From assembly GCA_022813865.1 (NCBI GenBank), contig JALDZX010000036.1, positions 1 through 64,000 of the forward strand: a DNA stretch of 64,000 nucleotides, read 5' to 3'. The translations under genes were made by a program, and so were the position numbers. The notes under the pieces were generated by a model. The model did no database searches and had not been told where the DNA came from. It saw only the letters and a list, made by a program, of their open reading frames with translations. This stretch comes from Xylographa opegraphella. Its lineage: Eukaryota. This document shows positions 36,266 to 49,690 of the stretch, piece after piece. Every line of letters begins with the position of its first letter. Positions within the stretch are counted from its first letter, which is position 1.

Positions 36266-39200
36266 ATGACGGACAAGCGTCCCGAAGGGTGAGAGGTACC
36301 GGACTCACGGCGCCTGTAAACACTCTGGCCTTGTTGAAGCAGCTTGAGCTGACAATATCTTCTCTTCCGACAGCCACATACGGACGAAGTCGTCTCTGGC
36401 ACTATCGATTTTGAGCCGTACGAAGGGCGATCACCTGGCTCATTCATCGACCACAACAATGTCGCCGTCCGCCTCACCTACGAGTTCACAACATGGTATG
36501 GCCTCACGCTCTCCACAAAGCAATCTAGGTGCAGAACATAATTTGCAAAGAGACACATTCGACGGGTACATGAGCGACTCTCGTGGGAAAGACACAGCCT
36601 CAACAAACCCAAAAGGTGTTCCTGAACGGCAGGGGTTCAATCTTACAATAGGGCAATCTGTGAGAACATTCCGCTTATTTGAAGTCCTCAGAAGTGCCGA
36701 CCATGCAGCAATCTCCGAAGCGGTCAGGAAGACATGCAGAGGTACCCTCTCCGGAGATACTCTGGAAGGCACAACGATACTACACCTAGCGGTGCAATGC
36801 GCAGAACCATCTGTAGTGGAACTTATCATATCGATGCAAGCAGAACCAGACGTCACACTAGACCTCAATTGCCAAAACCGAGAGGGTAACACTCCTCTCC
36901 ATCTAGGATCTATGCTTGGTCGACCTACTATTGTTCAGATTCTGCTGGCACAGCCTACCATTGACAGCTCGATCCTTAATTATCAAGGCCGCTCTCCCTT
37001 AGATCTTGCACGAACACCCGAAATATTCCAGCAGCTCCAGTTCTCTCGGGCGATCTTCACGGAAAGTCAAGTTAAAGCTGTCCACTCTTTGGTATCACGT
37101 GGAGATCTTGAAGCTTTGGCGAAGCTCTTCGAAGATCCTCGGACAGCAGCAGTTTTGGATGTGAACGGATCTGAGCTGGCAACCGATCCAAGCACCATTG
37201 AAACGGGAGGCACGCTGCTACATCAAGCTACCAGAAGAAAGGATGTGAAACTAATCCAATTACTGCTCCTACACGGTGCAGATCCATTCCGACGTGATAG
37301 AAACGGAAAGCTCCCTCAAGACGTTACGAAGGATGACAAGACCCGTGCAATTCTGAAAAGATCGCCCGCCGCCGCCGCAGCACAAAGAGGTATCCAAGAG
37401 AAGGCCATTCTTGGTAGCTCGGTATCAGATCATGCATTAGCTGCGAAGGAGAGTCGGGAGATGAAGGGTTACCTCAAAAAATGGACTAACTATACAAGTG
37501 GTTACAAATTGCGATGGTTCGTTCTAGAGGACGGAGTCTTGAGCTATTACAAGCATCAAGGTATACATGACTTCCGCCTCTCAATGTCACGGGATTAATT
37601 CGAGCCTGTTCTAGATGATGCCGGTTCCGCCTGTCGAGGAGCTATGAATATGAAAATCGCAAAGCTTTCAATGGATGCCCAAGATAAGTCCAGGTTCGAG
37701 ATCGAAGGTAAGTCATCGGTCAAATATCATCTCAAAGCGAATCACACCGTGGAAGCCAAGCGTTGGTTCTGGGCTCTCAACAATGCCATCCAATGGGCTA
37801 AAGACGAGGCAAGAGACGAAGAGCAGCGCAAGCAACGAGATACTAAGGTCTTCCGCCACGCTCGTCAGGACACAACGGCTCGCGGAGAGGATATCGATGA
37901 TGCTGGAAAGGCCGATCTGAAAGAAACGAAATTCTCAGGCAAGGGTCTCCTCCCCGCAACTACCTTGGACGTTCCTTCCGACAGCTTTCCCCGGGCCTCA
38001 ACCAAGAACTTCACGACTTCCAATAGCGGTGTACTAGGCGATGACGAAGGCTCATTTTACGGATCCTATGAGCCTAGCATCAGAGGCGAAGACATGACAC
38101 GTATAGCTAGCAGGGTCAATACTGCCACGATTGCCGGCGATCTCGACGACGATGATGAGTACGGTGACGATGCTAGCAGCCGTGAAATGCAGCCTACGTC
38201 GAAGGACGCTTTCAATATCACTGCTCACTCTGCAAACTTACAGCTTGATCTCCTTGGTCAGGTCTCAAAGGCTCTCAAAGATCAATGCAAGGATAAGCCT
38301 GGAACAACAGTGGCAGATGAAGCAATTCTACAGGCAATTAACACCTATGAAAGTGCGGTCAAGAGTCTTCAGAGCATGATAGGTGATCTGCTCAGAATTG
38401 CTCGAGATCGAGATGCCTATTGGAAGTATCGGCTGGATCGTGAGGCTGATGTGCGACGTCTGTGGGAAGAGAGCATGACTAAGGTTGCAAAGGATCAGGA
38501 ACAGCTAGAAAGTCGTATAGGAGAATCAGAAGAAAAGCGGAAACGGACCAAGCGAGTACTACGAGATGTCCTCGACGGTGGAGCCGATTCGGAGAGTCCT
38601 CGCGAGAGTGAGACTTTCCCTTCTTACGATACCGGGAAAAGTGAATCAGTAGCCAAAGAAGATTCGGGTTTTGTTCGTCGCAAATCTCTCGGAGTTAGAG
38701 GATTAAGGAGGAAGTCCACTATTGCGGCATTAACGGACCTCTCCGATTCAGATTCGGATGCAGATGAAGAATTCTTCGACGCAGTAGGAGCAGGAGAAGT
38801 GGAGATTTCGGCTACAATGCCTCTGTCTCCAGCTGGAGAGTCGCCGACCAGCACGACCAGCGCTACGAAAGTGCTAACCCAAGACGATAACCGTGGTGAT
38901 AAAGCTCTCAAACTCGCTGCTTCATTTAGAGGCTACGAAGAGCCCGTGCGACAACGGCTGAAGATGGAAGCTGATGATCGACCTAAGATATCTTTATGGG
39001 TAAGCTTCTAAGTTCCGGCCAGTCTGGATCCGCTGAGATTTGTATGTAGGGAATATTGAAGTCAATGATTGGTAAGGATATGACCAAAATGACGTTACCG
39101 GTATCATTGTAGGAAGATCGACTTCATCACGTATATCAAGCATGGGCTGACGCGAGAATAGTAACGAACCAACATCGTTATTACAACGTGTGGCAGAAGA

Positions 39201-40328
39201 TATGGAATATACGGATCTGTTGGATACTGCTGCAGACAGAGCCGATTCAACAGAGAGAATGGTGTATGTAGCAGCATTCGCCGCTAGTGAATATGCGTCG
39301 ACCATCGGTCGAGTAGCGAAGCCTTTCAACCCATTGCTAGGAGAAACGTATGAATACGCAAGACCAGATAAGGGATATCGGTTCTTCATCGAACAAGTTA
39401 GCCATCATCCTCCAATAGGTGCTGTATGGGCCGAAGCGACAAAATGGGACTATTATGTAGGATAACCCATTCACGGCTCGCTGAAGTACAACGCTAATCC
39501 AATATTCAGGGTGAGTCTGCAGTCAAATCCAAGTTCTACGGCAAGTCTTTCGAGATCAACCATCTTGGCACTTGGTTCCTCAAACTACGTACAGTATCTG
39601 GAGGCGAAGAGCTATATTCATGGAAAAAACCCACGTCTTCCGTAATAGGCATTATCGCTGGATCGCCTACGGTAGATTTGGGTGGGACCGTGGAAATTAA
39701 GAACTGGAATACTAGAGAAATGTGTATTCTAGAATTCAAGCCTCGTGGGTGGACAGCCTCGTCGGCTTACCAACTCAATGGAAAAGTCATTGATGCTGGT
39801 GGTAAAACGCGATGGAGCATCGGAGGCCGATGGAACGACAAAATCTATGCAAGATTGACTCCAGGATTCGAAACTTCTTTCGAGCCCGCTGCCGGTAAAG
39901 CTAAAAGCCAAGAGGCCGGCGCTTCGCAGGCCATTTTAGTATGGCAAGCCCACACGAGGCCATCTGGCATCCCGTTCAACCTGACGCCTTTTGGTCTTAC
40001 ACTCAATGCGCTGCCTGAGAACCTGGTGCCATTTCTGCCACCAACAGACACTCGGTTGCGGCCGGACCAAAGAGCAATGGAGGAAGGTCAGTACGATTTC
40101 GCAGCAACAGAGAAGAATCGGGTCGAAGAGAAGCAAAGAGCTAGGAGGAGGGAGAGAGAGGCAGCAGGAGAGGAGTTCGTTCCGAGGTGGTTCCGTAAGG
40201 AGAAATGCAAGGTCACAGGGGAGGAATTCTGGCAGCCGAGTGGCGGCTACTGGAAGATGCGAGAGGCTGTAGGCGACGGGGGCGTGTGGGAGAACGTGGA
40301 AGATATCTTTTCCGAAGAACCGGAGTAA
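36266..40328 (+). CDS. OSH1: Oxysterol-binding protein with ankyrin repeats, PH domain and FFAT motif (Osh1/Swh1 type)
   Basis: Short exon 1 MTDKRPEG, intron 36289-36372. Ankyrin motifs [10 protein letters not shown] and [10 protein letters not shown] motif [26 protein letters not shown] motif EEFFDA, and OSBP signatures [12 protein letters not shown] and EQVSHHPP. Confidence 0.94.
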
Positions 40329-40741
40329 AATTATCAGGACTGTGATATTTACTATTCAGCGACAAGTCTTAAACGTATTAGCAACAATCGGGAAACAAAT
40401 TCTTACGAAACTGCTCAGTATGATTATGCTCTAGGCGCCGAATGTTTGTAACATTTAACCACGAACCAGGTTTTTGGAAGGGCATTCGTGAAATGCACCC
40501 ACTCGGTTGCATCCATGCACAGAGTTTAGCTTGGTTGAACCTGCGGAGTGATACCCATAATTTCATTTCGGGACAAGACGTACTTCAAGAGATCGATGTA
40601 TTCTTGATGTTTAAGTATATTATGATGCCAGCAAGGTTTGGAGAATGGTCATCAATGTTAGCCTTTTTCGGAGTCCCGTCTGGCAGGAAATAGTCTTCAT
40701 TGTACAGTACTTTGTACATAATCTTACATGCAGTCGAATGA

Positions 40742-42058
40742 CTATGCAATCCCAGAAACACTAGAATTCATTTTCCGGCGGGGCGGCCATTCCGGGGCCG
40801 GCACAGACAGCAATGCGCATATGTCTGCTCGCCTTCTCCTGAAATCGTTGTATAGTCCTAGCCATATATCCCGGTTTTCACAGCCCGCTTCGGCTTTTGT
40901 TCCAGGGTTGATGTCGCACAGCGGCATTTTTTCCTTCAATAGGTTTCTGGGCCACATGATCCATGGTTTTGGAATTGGCCAGTCGGAAAAATGTACCAAA
41001 CTCGCCTCGCTTAATGCCCTTTTTGGGTCCCATTTTTCGTAGCTATTGCCTAGGTAGCGATGATGGTCTTCCGATCGGAACTCTCCACTCACGAGTCCGT
41101 AGTTCCGGTGCGGTAGTACCATGGCTGAATCTCCATACAGATCATTCAAGATCTCCATGTCGAAGTCATTGTGTTGCCTTGTTTTCGATTCAGCGGCAGC
41201 CATTAATCTGTCTGCTTCAGCTGAAGACGGTTCAAGTAGGATAAACATTGAGGTCAGGCGCTTGACAGATGGCAGGTTCCAGTAAGCTCGCATCATGGCT
41301 ACCCTGGCAGATGGGAGTAGAAAGAGGTCGTCCATGTGCTGCTGCACTGTAACGTCAGAGTCCAGGTGTATAATGCGCAGGTATTGGGTCTGATTGAAAG
41401 TCAAAAACTTCGTAGCACTTGCGTCCCAGGTCAGGCTGTCTGTATTCAGAAAATCAGTAAGTCTGTGTTGCAAAACAGCCCGTAGGAAATATGAACGGAA
41501 GCACATACCGCCCTCTACAGTCTCACTTGGGTTGTGCGCGAACTTCTTCACCTTTATGGGCAGAAGCTTGGCTCCATAATGATATCTGGCTTTTTGTAGC
41601 AACTGGCTATCGCGGTCAGTGATATTGGCAATATCTGTATCCCACTCTTCCGGATACATAAGAATCCGATCCGCTTTGCTTCCCAAGCGGCTCAGCGCCT
41701 CAAACACCATGACCGAGTTGCACAGGTAATGGCTGTCCGTAACATATTGACTGTAGGCGAAAAGACGCCACTGGACGTTCTTGTACCGAAGGGACGGAGC
41801 ATGAGTTGGCGGGAAGAAACGGCGGTGGTAATGGGTGGAGTAGTAGAATATGGCTACAATAGCAAGCACCACAATTAGCAGAGGCCTCGAGCGGCGGAGT
41901 TGCCGGTAGCAGGACCTCGGACTATGGCGTAGATGGAAGAATTGGGCTTTCGGAGAGCTTGGAGGTACTTCCTCGTCGGAGTCGTAGAGGTCGTGGATCA
42001 TGGGCACGTCCTGGAGGTACGATTCCCGCTGCCCATGACCTCTTGCTGTTGCCTTCAT
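40742..42058 (-). CDS. Glycosyltransferase family 8, Gnt1-like glucose N-acetyltransferase
   Basis: TM anchor, then FAYSQYVTDSHYLCNSVM, IHLDSD (DxD), DMEILN and VHFSDWPIPKPW. A probable in-frame intron lies near 41440-41510. Confidence 0.88.
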   Translation of the reverse strand: MKATARGHGQRESYLQDVPMIHDLYDSDEEVPPSSPKAQFFHLRHSPRSCYRQLRRSRPLLIVVLAIVAIFYYSTHYHRRFFPPTHAPSLRYKNVQWRLFAYSQYVTDSHYLCNSVMVFEALSRLGSKADRILMYPEEWDTDIANITDRDSQLLQKARYHYGAKLLPIKVKKFAHNPSETVEGGMCFRSYFLRAVLQHRLTDFLNTDSLTWDASATKFLTFNQTQYLRIIHLDSDVTVQQHMDDLFLLPSARVAMMRAYWNLPSVKRLTSMFILLEPSSAEADRLMAAAESKTRQHNDFDMEILNDLYGDSAMVLPHRNYGLVSGEFRSEDHHRYLGNSYEKWDPKRALSEASLVHFSDWPIPKPWIMWPRNLLKEKMPLCDINPGTKAEAGCENRDIWLGLYNDFRRRRADICALLSVPAPEWPPRRKMNSSVSGIA

Positions 42059-42484
42059 CAATATGTATGTCTAACCAGACATCGATGCATCCAAAATGAT
42101 CAGCATCTGCGTGTGGATTTCAGGGGATCAAAAGACAGGAGGATGCGCGGAGTTAAGGATCCTTCTCGTTTCTAAACACCGGAACTCCGATACTTTCATT
42201 AGGATCAGCCAACTCTCAACCCAGCCGACAGGAAGATCAATTGTGAACAGGCGCACCTTCGATCACGCCCAGGACTTCACTCGCGCATCGAGCACTGTGG
42301 GAATTGCTGTGCCAATTTTGGCCGTCCAACAGCAAAATCCCGCCCGTCCGATAACGGGTCGATAAAAGCAACAAATACTGTCTACGGGCAGCGTGCAGGG
42401 TGCATCTTTGAAGGAGGATTACTCCGGGTCTCAATTACAAACATACCGATCTGCTCTGGAGCACATCTCTTCGGGGTCGTTATC

Positions 42485-43907
42485 ATGTCGACCTCATCCA
42501 AGCTATCCAACTCAATATCAATGCATCCGCATCCATTCCATCTCAACCTAAGCCGCGAAGAAGCATCGACGCCGATAAGGGACTCGTTTTCTGATGTTAA
42601 GGAGGCCACCAGCACTGCCTTTGAGGCTGTGACACCATCTTCGTTCGTTCAAGATCCCATCGCTCGACACTTTACTCAGAGTTCTTCTCACGAAGACTTG
42701 GAAGGCAACACACCACCGAGATACACAACAGAGAATGATCCGTACCAGCTCTCATCGAAGTTGAAGACAGAAAGCGAACTCAACTTGATCCGCGCGAACA
42801 CTTCTCGGAGACGTGATGGCTGCGGACCCATTACCATGAACAAAGAGGCTACGAAAGCGCGCAAACTGAAAGAATTTTATGAAGGCCAAAACGAGAACAT
42901 TCAGCGGCTGCTAAAGCCCGTAGACGAGCATGTCCGGTCGGCCAAGGCATTTAACGGTGAAAATCATCTGAAGTTTCAAATCGCTGTGAACGGATCGTTT
43001 GCTGCCAATTTAACCTTGGCTGGACTACAGGTCTACGGTGCGGTATCTTCGGGCTCTCTATCCCTGTTCACTACCATGGCCGACGCATTGTTTGATCCTA
43101 TGTCGAACATCACGTTGATAGCATGCAACCGTGCTGTGCGGAAGGTCGATCCCAGGAGATTCCCGTCGGGCAAAGCGAGGATTGAGACCGCCGGTAACAT
43201 CGTATTCTGCTTTCTAATGACCTCCGTCTCGTTTATACTTATTGTCTTGTCGGTCATGCAGCTTATACAAGGCTCCCAGGCCGAGACTAAGGAATTCCAT
43301 CTGCCATCTGTCATCGCGGTAGCTGTTGCATTTTCCACGAAGCTGGCGTTGTTCTGCTATTGCTGGGCTCTGAGGAATGTTTATTCTCAAATTCGAATCC
43401 TGTGGGAGGATCATCGGAACGATCTGTTTATCAATGGATTCGGTATTCTGACTTCTGTTGGGGGCGCTAAACTTGCCTGGTGGATTGATCCTATGGGAGC
43501 CATTATCCTTTCGTGTCTTATTTCGACGCTCTGGTTGAGGACCGCCTATTCCGAGTTTCAGTTGCTTATCGGTGTCACGGCAGATACGCAAATGCAGCAA
43601 TGGATCACCTATATCTGTGAGCGCTTTCTAAGACACGGGTATGGAATTTAGCTAACACACTATAGCCATGACCCATTCTTCTATGATCACCGCCATTGAT
43701 ACTGTCAGAGCCTATCATAGCGGGCCAAGGATGATAGTCGAGGTCGATGTGGTCATGGATCCAAATGAGACGCTCAAAGCAACGCACGACGTTGCGGAGG
43801 AATTACAAATGAAGCTTGAGAGCTTACCGGATGTGGAGAGAGCATATGTACACATTGATTACGAGACTTCGCACAAGCCCGAACACTTCCTGAAGAAAGA
43901 ACTCTGA
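42485..43907 (+). CDS. Cation diffusion facilitator (Mn-CDF-like) transporter
   Basis: Motifs SLSLFTTMADALFD, FPSGKARIE, EDHRND, WWIDPMGA and HDVAEELQMKLESLPDVERAYVHIDYE. One intron near 43617-43664. Confidence 0.93.
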
Positions 43908-45439
43908 GGATGCAGGATGGACAAATGAAGCTCTCTAAACGCTCAAAGTATCAATTGAGCTCCAAATTCCATTGTTACTCCTTGATATGAGACTTGGTTG
44001 AACCTCAACTTCCCATTCTGAGACATGTCGCTACCAGAGATTCCGTAGCGGTTGCACTGGAGTTAATAACGGTCATCCAAGGATTTGGAATTACTAACCA
44101 TCCTTCTTATTCTTCATTGCACTATAATGCCTGAAGATGCTTAAATCTCATAGTATTGGAGACCTGAAGCTCTACAAGTTCCGCCATAAGAACTTGCTCC
44201 GAAAGCTGCACCTTGTTGGGTAATTTGAGCTGAAATGGCTATTCTTGTCTTCAGACGTCTAAGCACTTCACTTCATGCTGCGATTCAATCAAGTACTTCC
44301 AGGAGGCTTGGAAGAACCAAACCGGTCGAAAATAGGGGGAGGGAGCGTAGAGAAGATTACGTTGGCTTTGGCAAGACGCAGATCGAAGCGGAAGCAGAGC
44401 GGACATTTACTCCTGAGGAACGTGAGCTCGCGCCTCACACGTTCTCATCAAACGGTCTACTCTTCAGAAACACCCAGCATTCCAGAGATTCGGAATGGCT
44501 GAAAAGTGACGAGATGTCAAAGGGTTTGTCGAACGACACGAGACCTGTCTCGTGTCATTGGTTTGCCGCGCTGCGTATGTTGACAGCAGCTTCAAGGCCG
44601 CAAACGAATTCACTAGAGTGTTTCCGAAATACGGGGTTTGCGGTGGATAACTACTAAGACCGTATCTCGTTAGGACAGTCGAGTTGGCAAATTGGACAAC
44701 CCGGTCTTCATGTTAACCGCCATAAGCTGTTGATTATCGGCAATGGCAACAACGTAGCCAGAGGATATCCCAGTTGTCGCCACAAGGAGAGTTTAGTGGC
44801 GCGGAATCTACAAACAGTTCATGGAGTCAACATCCAATGGTGCTTCTGGAATGTTCCTGGCGGGTATATTGGTTTCATTGACCTTGGGGCGCGCATCCGT
44901 GCAGTTGCCGTAACGATGCCCGGCTTCAGGTACCAGTACCGGTGGAGGAGTTCGAGCAGCTCATCAGTTGAGAAGTCTTTTTAGCAGCATCTATTTATAC
45001 ATGAACGTATCACTTGTATTTGTATTGCTTTCATATGTGCATGTTGCTACCCGTGTCACCGATAAATGAAGTGATAGCACCTTCGACTCCACCATTTCCC
45101 CCCGGCTCTTTCATTTTAGCTGAGTGATATACGGCAAAGTGAAGCGGTGAGTCCGGCGTTCGGTACGTGCAGCAAGATTGTTGATCAGAATTCTCTATGA
45201 TTATACCTTCAACAGAAGCAACGATCTGTATTAGCCTATATTTCCTTTCAAGAGAACGTACACATTTATAAATATACAATGGTATATCAGATTTATACGG
45301 CACCTGATGTGATTTTCAGAAGTTGTCAGCCATACACGATGTTCTTCCTCAACCTCTCCGATTTCCCATCCTTCTCGTCGAGTTCGATAGATATACGATC
45401 TCGATCGTTACGATCTTGATGCACGTGGAAGCGAACAGT

Positions 45440-46960
45440 CAATTATCTGGAAAACTGCCAGCTCAGAGACGCCCCTGAGAATACGTCGAGGTTGCACTCC
45501 TTCATGCCAGCCAGCATCGAAACCAGTCCGAAGCCTTCACCGAGCGGGACGGAGTAGAGAAAAGTCTTGAGAACCAGAGCCACGAGCGTAAGAAAGAGGC
45601 ATATTGCAAGCACCACCACCAATCCAGACTCACGCTGCAAATGGATGGCCTACCTTCGGGTGATGATACTCGCCGGCTGGATTGTATACTGGTTGTTGGA
45701 CACAATCTGACGCATTGTTTCTGCCGGCTTCCCACAAACTGACCTGACGAGCCCATATCATCGATGCTACAAGGACCGAGGTCGTGCTGATGTTGTATCG
45801 ATACTCGGGCCTCTTGATATAGGATGTGGGCATTGGCTCGTTCCACGTTTCCCTGACTCTATAGTCGTACTTGAAGAGAGTGGCGTGGAATGTTGGAGTG
45901 ATGCCCAGTTCGTTGTTCGCAATCAAATATTGATCTTGACTCTGAAGTGCTTCTTCGTGAGTTTCAAGTAGTCTAGCTTCTGCTAAGTAAACCCCGGAAG
46001 TTGTAATGTTCCAGGTCCCCAAACATTGCCTGCGGCTCGGTTTGAAGGCCTGCGCTGTTGATTGGAAGGTTTCATTCAGTGTTGTATTCCACATGGATAA
46101 GAAAACGATGGTGTTGTTTGGGTTTGAGTAAATCCCCCAATCTCCAGACCCTGCGAGCATTCCCGAGTATGCATTCTCTAGCAGGACGTCTGAGAACAAT
46201 GGAGGATCCGAGAAAGGGTTTGGTGGTCCATAGTCTGTTTCAATGTCTTGCCGGTAGGCCATCCACATCATATTCTAGAAGTCGGGATCATTCCTGTCGG
46301 ACTTAGGAAACTCGATCATTTTTAGAAATGGTAGCGTTAACTATCGCAGATATCAACGAGTCCCCAACAGCTAATCCTGGTGTCAGGTCGTTAAGGTAAT
46401 TGGGCAGAGGGGCAGAGGCGCATCGAGGATAGCCGTAGTTGTGTTCGAAGCGACGAACATATTGAAACCGTACGTTCTGTTGACATCTGGCTGTCCAAAA
46501 TGGCAAATATGCCTCCACGAGCAAAGAGATCCCACTTCCGATACGTTGATTCCCAGGAGAAGCCGTCAAGCCAAACATACCGGAGATGCTATCCGACGTT
46601 TGCGTACTGGCCCCATTACTGAATGATTTGTAACTTGCGCTAAGGGCAAGTGCGAGGAGCGGATAGAAACCAATTATTGCACGCGAACGGCTGCTAACAT
46701 TTCGAGCCGTGAAGTCGTTGCGCAACAAAGCATCGAGGTCTCGTAGTGTAGATCCACCACCATATATCTGGTACGCAACAGCCAGCAGCTGGAGTCCCCT
46801 TCGTGAACAGATTCCCATGATCGTGATTAAGAATTCGATGATGATGAGCTGATTAGTTTGTCCGAGATAGAAAGCGACACTTTGTGAGAAAACAGCCACT
46901 GTGGCGAAAATGAACCATAGCCATGCTGTCAGAGTGGTCAATACGTCTTTCCATGACACT
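45440..46960 (-). pseudogene. Degraded fungal multi-pass membrane hypothetical protein
   Basis: A chain of hydrophobic, coding-like minus-strand ORF fragments (46303-46959, 45630-46271, 45443-45640) in different frames, with no clear splice signals between them. Confidence 0.5.
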
Positions 46961-48531
46961 AAAGGTTTGTGTTGCGGAACGCCTGCATTGAAGGATTTCG
47001 ATTAATACCTAGACATAACGTATAATGAGCTCAAGCAATGAAGATATCCCTACACCAATAGGGGGAGATATGATTGAATAGAATATAATTGAAAAAACAA
47101 GTGTGCAGAGTTTGTAAGTTTCAATGTATCTGTCGTGCCACCGCAGCACATAAGACTGAATCGACAAGCTATAGCGTCAATGTTTGTATTTGTACATTGA
47201 TGCGTTTGAGATCTCGTATCGATTCATGCAGGAATAGCTATTTGGGGAAGTCGGCGGCACTCTGCCGCGTCTTCGACAATTTTGGTTGTCGACCATTGGC
47301 ATCCAGCGGCTACAAACGCTCCCCATTTGTCTAACGCCAACTGCTTTATTGAACATACGCGTGCACGTAACGAATACTGCACTGCAGTGGTGGATGGGCA
47401 AATAGACATTCCGCTTCCGTCTACTCTCAAGCCCGCAGCATGAGTCGAGGTCGCGCAGAAGAGGGAGTGCTCGAAGTGTAGAACGTAAAACTAATGACAC
47501 GCATATGGAAGAAAGACACGTGTCAGTGTTTGCTTCCACGAGTGCCTCAGTAATACTTCACTCTCATCGGAGTTGAATCTATTGTCAGCCATGCTGAACT
47601 TTTCCCAGTCCGTTGTGTTAGCCATATCAAGTATCTGCTCACCTTGCCTACTCGGCCTGCCTTATCCAAAGGATGTGATGGATTTTACTACGGTCCTGCA
47701 GGCCGTTTCACTTAACAGAGTCGATCTTGACACCCTCCTGAAACTGTCTGTGCCACTTGCTCACGTTGGGTAGGTTAGCTCATGCTTGTACTCTACTGCC
47801 GTTCTGCAGCACGTATTGGCTGCCCATGGCCAAGCATGCAATCAACGGTCAATCCCGATGCAGATGCATAGGTTGGCTTCTCCGCGAGCATCCTGTTGCG
47901 TACTGTGTCAGCTAGTCAGAAGCACCACGCCACTTAGAGCCAAATGCCTGCTGTTTCATCTACCGTTGTGGCGCGCCGCACACATACTGGCTCCCGGTAT
48001 CTTCGCTGTGCAATATTACTTTGTTTGCATCGGTGTTCTTCTTAGACGCTGTTTTGATCACGTACTTTCTTTATGCCAGCACGATGGTTCATATGAAGTC
48101 TCTTTCAGGTTGAACGGTGCTGAATGACATCTATTCGAGGCACTGCCCAGCGGCGAGCGATAGATACTCTCGAAGAATGCTCCTCGTTGCTGGATAGGCG
48201 ATCCTGGAGATGACGATCAACAAGCCTGTCCAGGCACTGGGAAAAAAGCCGCAGACCTTCAGTACTTGCATCTTTAGCTTTCTAGACATTGCGCTAGGGT
48301 TCAAAGGCGCTGAATAATTGCTAATTAATTGGGTATTGATAATAAGGTCGGCGTAGGATTTAAAATCGAAGAAGGATGAGCTTCCAATCGATGATCTCAC
48401 CCCTGGTTGCTCGTACACATTTACATTTTTAAGAGGCACCACAAGCCGGACATAGAATGTTTCAAAGGAGGTTCGATCCGTAACTTCCTTCGAGCACAAA
48501 CTACTACCATCAGACCGAACTAATACTCGCA

Positions 48532-49690
48532 ATGTCTGCACTGAAAGGCCTCGAGGGCAGTGAGATAGCCTCCGACCAGGTCTATCAAGATGAAGGCATC
48601 TGCGGACTCGATAATTTGCAGCTCGAGAAGCGCTATAAGGAAGAGCGTGCGAAGCGACTGCGTGGCGATGGCAATAATCAGTATTTTGATGTCCTCCTCT
48701 CCAAACAGTTCCGGCACTTTCAAGAGAATCCGTGGGTCGACGCGACGGCAGTCAAAGACATCCAGACAATATTTCCTGCCAATCGTTGTCAGATGCTCAT
48801 TTTCGGTGCCCGCTGGGGCGGGTTGTTATATGTATTCCGTATGGCTGGAACGGGCACCCACCCCGAAGACATCCGGATATCGACACCCCGGCTGGCTTCG
48901 GTGGCTGAGGGTGGGTAGGCTTATTAAAACTCACTCTTATACGCACATTCTGTATTGTCCAAATGTATTTTGAGAGAACCTGGTATTTCAACAGGTAACC
49001 CAGGCTAATGTGCAATTTTAGAGCTACTGCTCCCTCCCACTTTTGGAGGAGACGGGTTACATACCACGACACCATTATGCGTATGGGGAAGAGGTCCGTA
49101 AATACACTGATCTTGTTGCCGAGAAGTGGGGTGTGGCGGATAGTGCTGTCTTCTCTACCGCAGCTCAGAAGTACCGCAGCTCAGAAGCTGGTTTGAGACG
49201 ATCTGGTCGAGGACTGGCAAATGGAGCTTGTACAGCAGCTCAAAGGAGGGTCGCCACAAAAAGTGAAGTTTCGCTCGCAATTTGTGGTAACAGCGAATGG
49301 TATTATCAATTGGCCCAAGCTACCAGGCCTCGCGGTTATCTTGAATTATGGGGGCGAAGTCCTTCATACCTCGCGCTTCAACTATGAGCTCACGGGCGGA
49401 TCGCTATCGCATCCATCCCTCACGAAGCTTCGAATAAGCGGGTAGTCGTAATCGGCACAGGACCTGCAGCTGTCCAGGTCATCCCGATCTCGCGTGTTGG
49501 TCGGAGGATTTGTATGTGTCCCAGCGCACGCCAACAGCGGTCGATTGTTGCGATCAGCGCAAGCCAACAGCGGTCGATTGTTGCGATCAGCGCAAGACTG
49601 ATGTAGAGTGGTTTCGCAAGCAGGTGGCGACATCTGTTCAACGGCAGCGAGAGCGGTTGATCTGGCGTCTGGAGCCACGTTATTGATGGC
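48532..49690 (+). pseudogene. Baeyer-Villiger/FMO-type flavin monooxygenase remnant
   Basis: Fragments LEKRYKEERAKRLRGDGNNQY, eroded IFGARWGGLLY, LLPLLEETGYIPRHHYAYGEE, PKLPGL...LHTSRFNYELTGG and VVIGTGPAAVQVIP. Several frameshifts and a truncated 3' end. Confidence 0.85.

Noticed and set aside
47780..48300. Possible small gene remnant divergent from the BVMO pseudogene
   Set aside because: Too degraded to assign a frame or family by eye.
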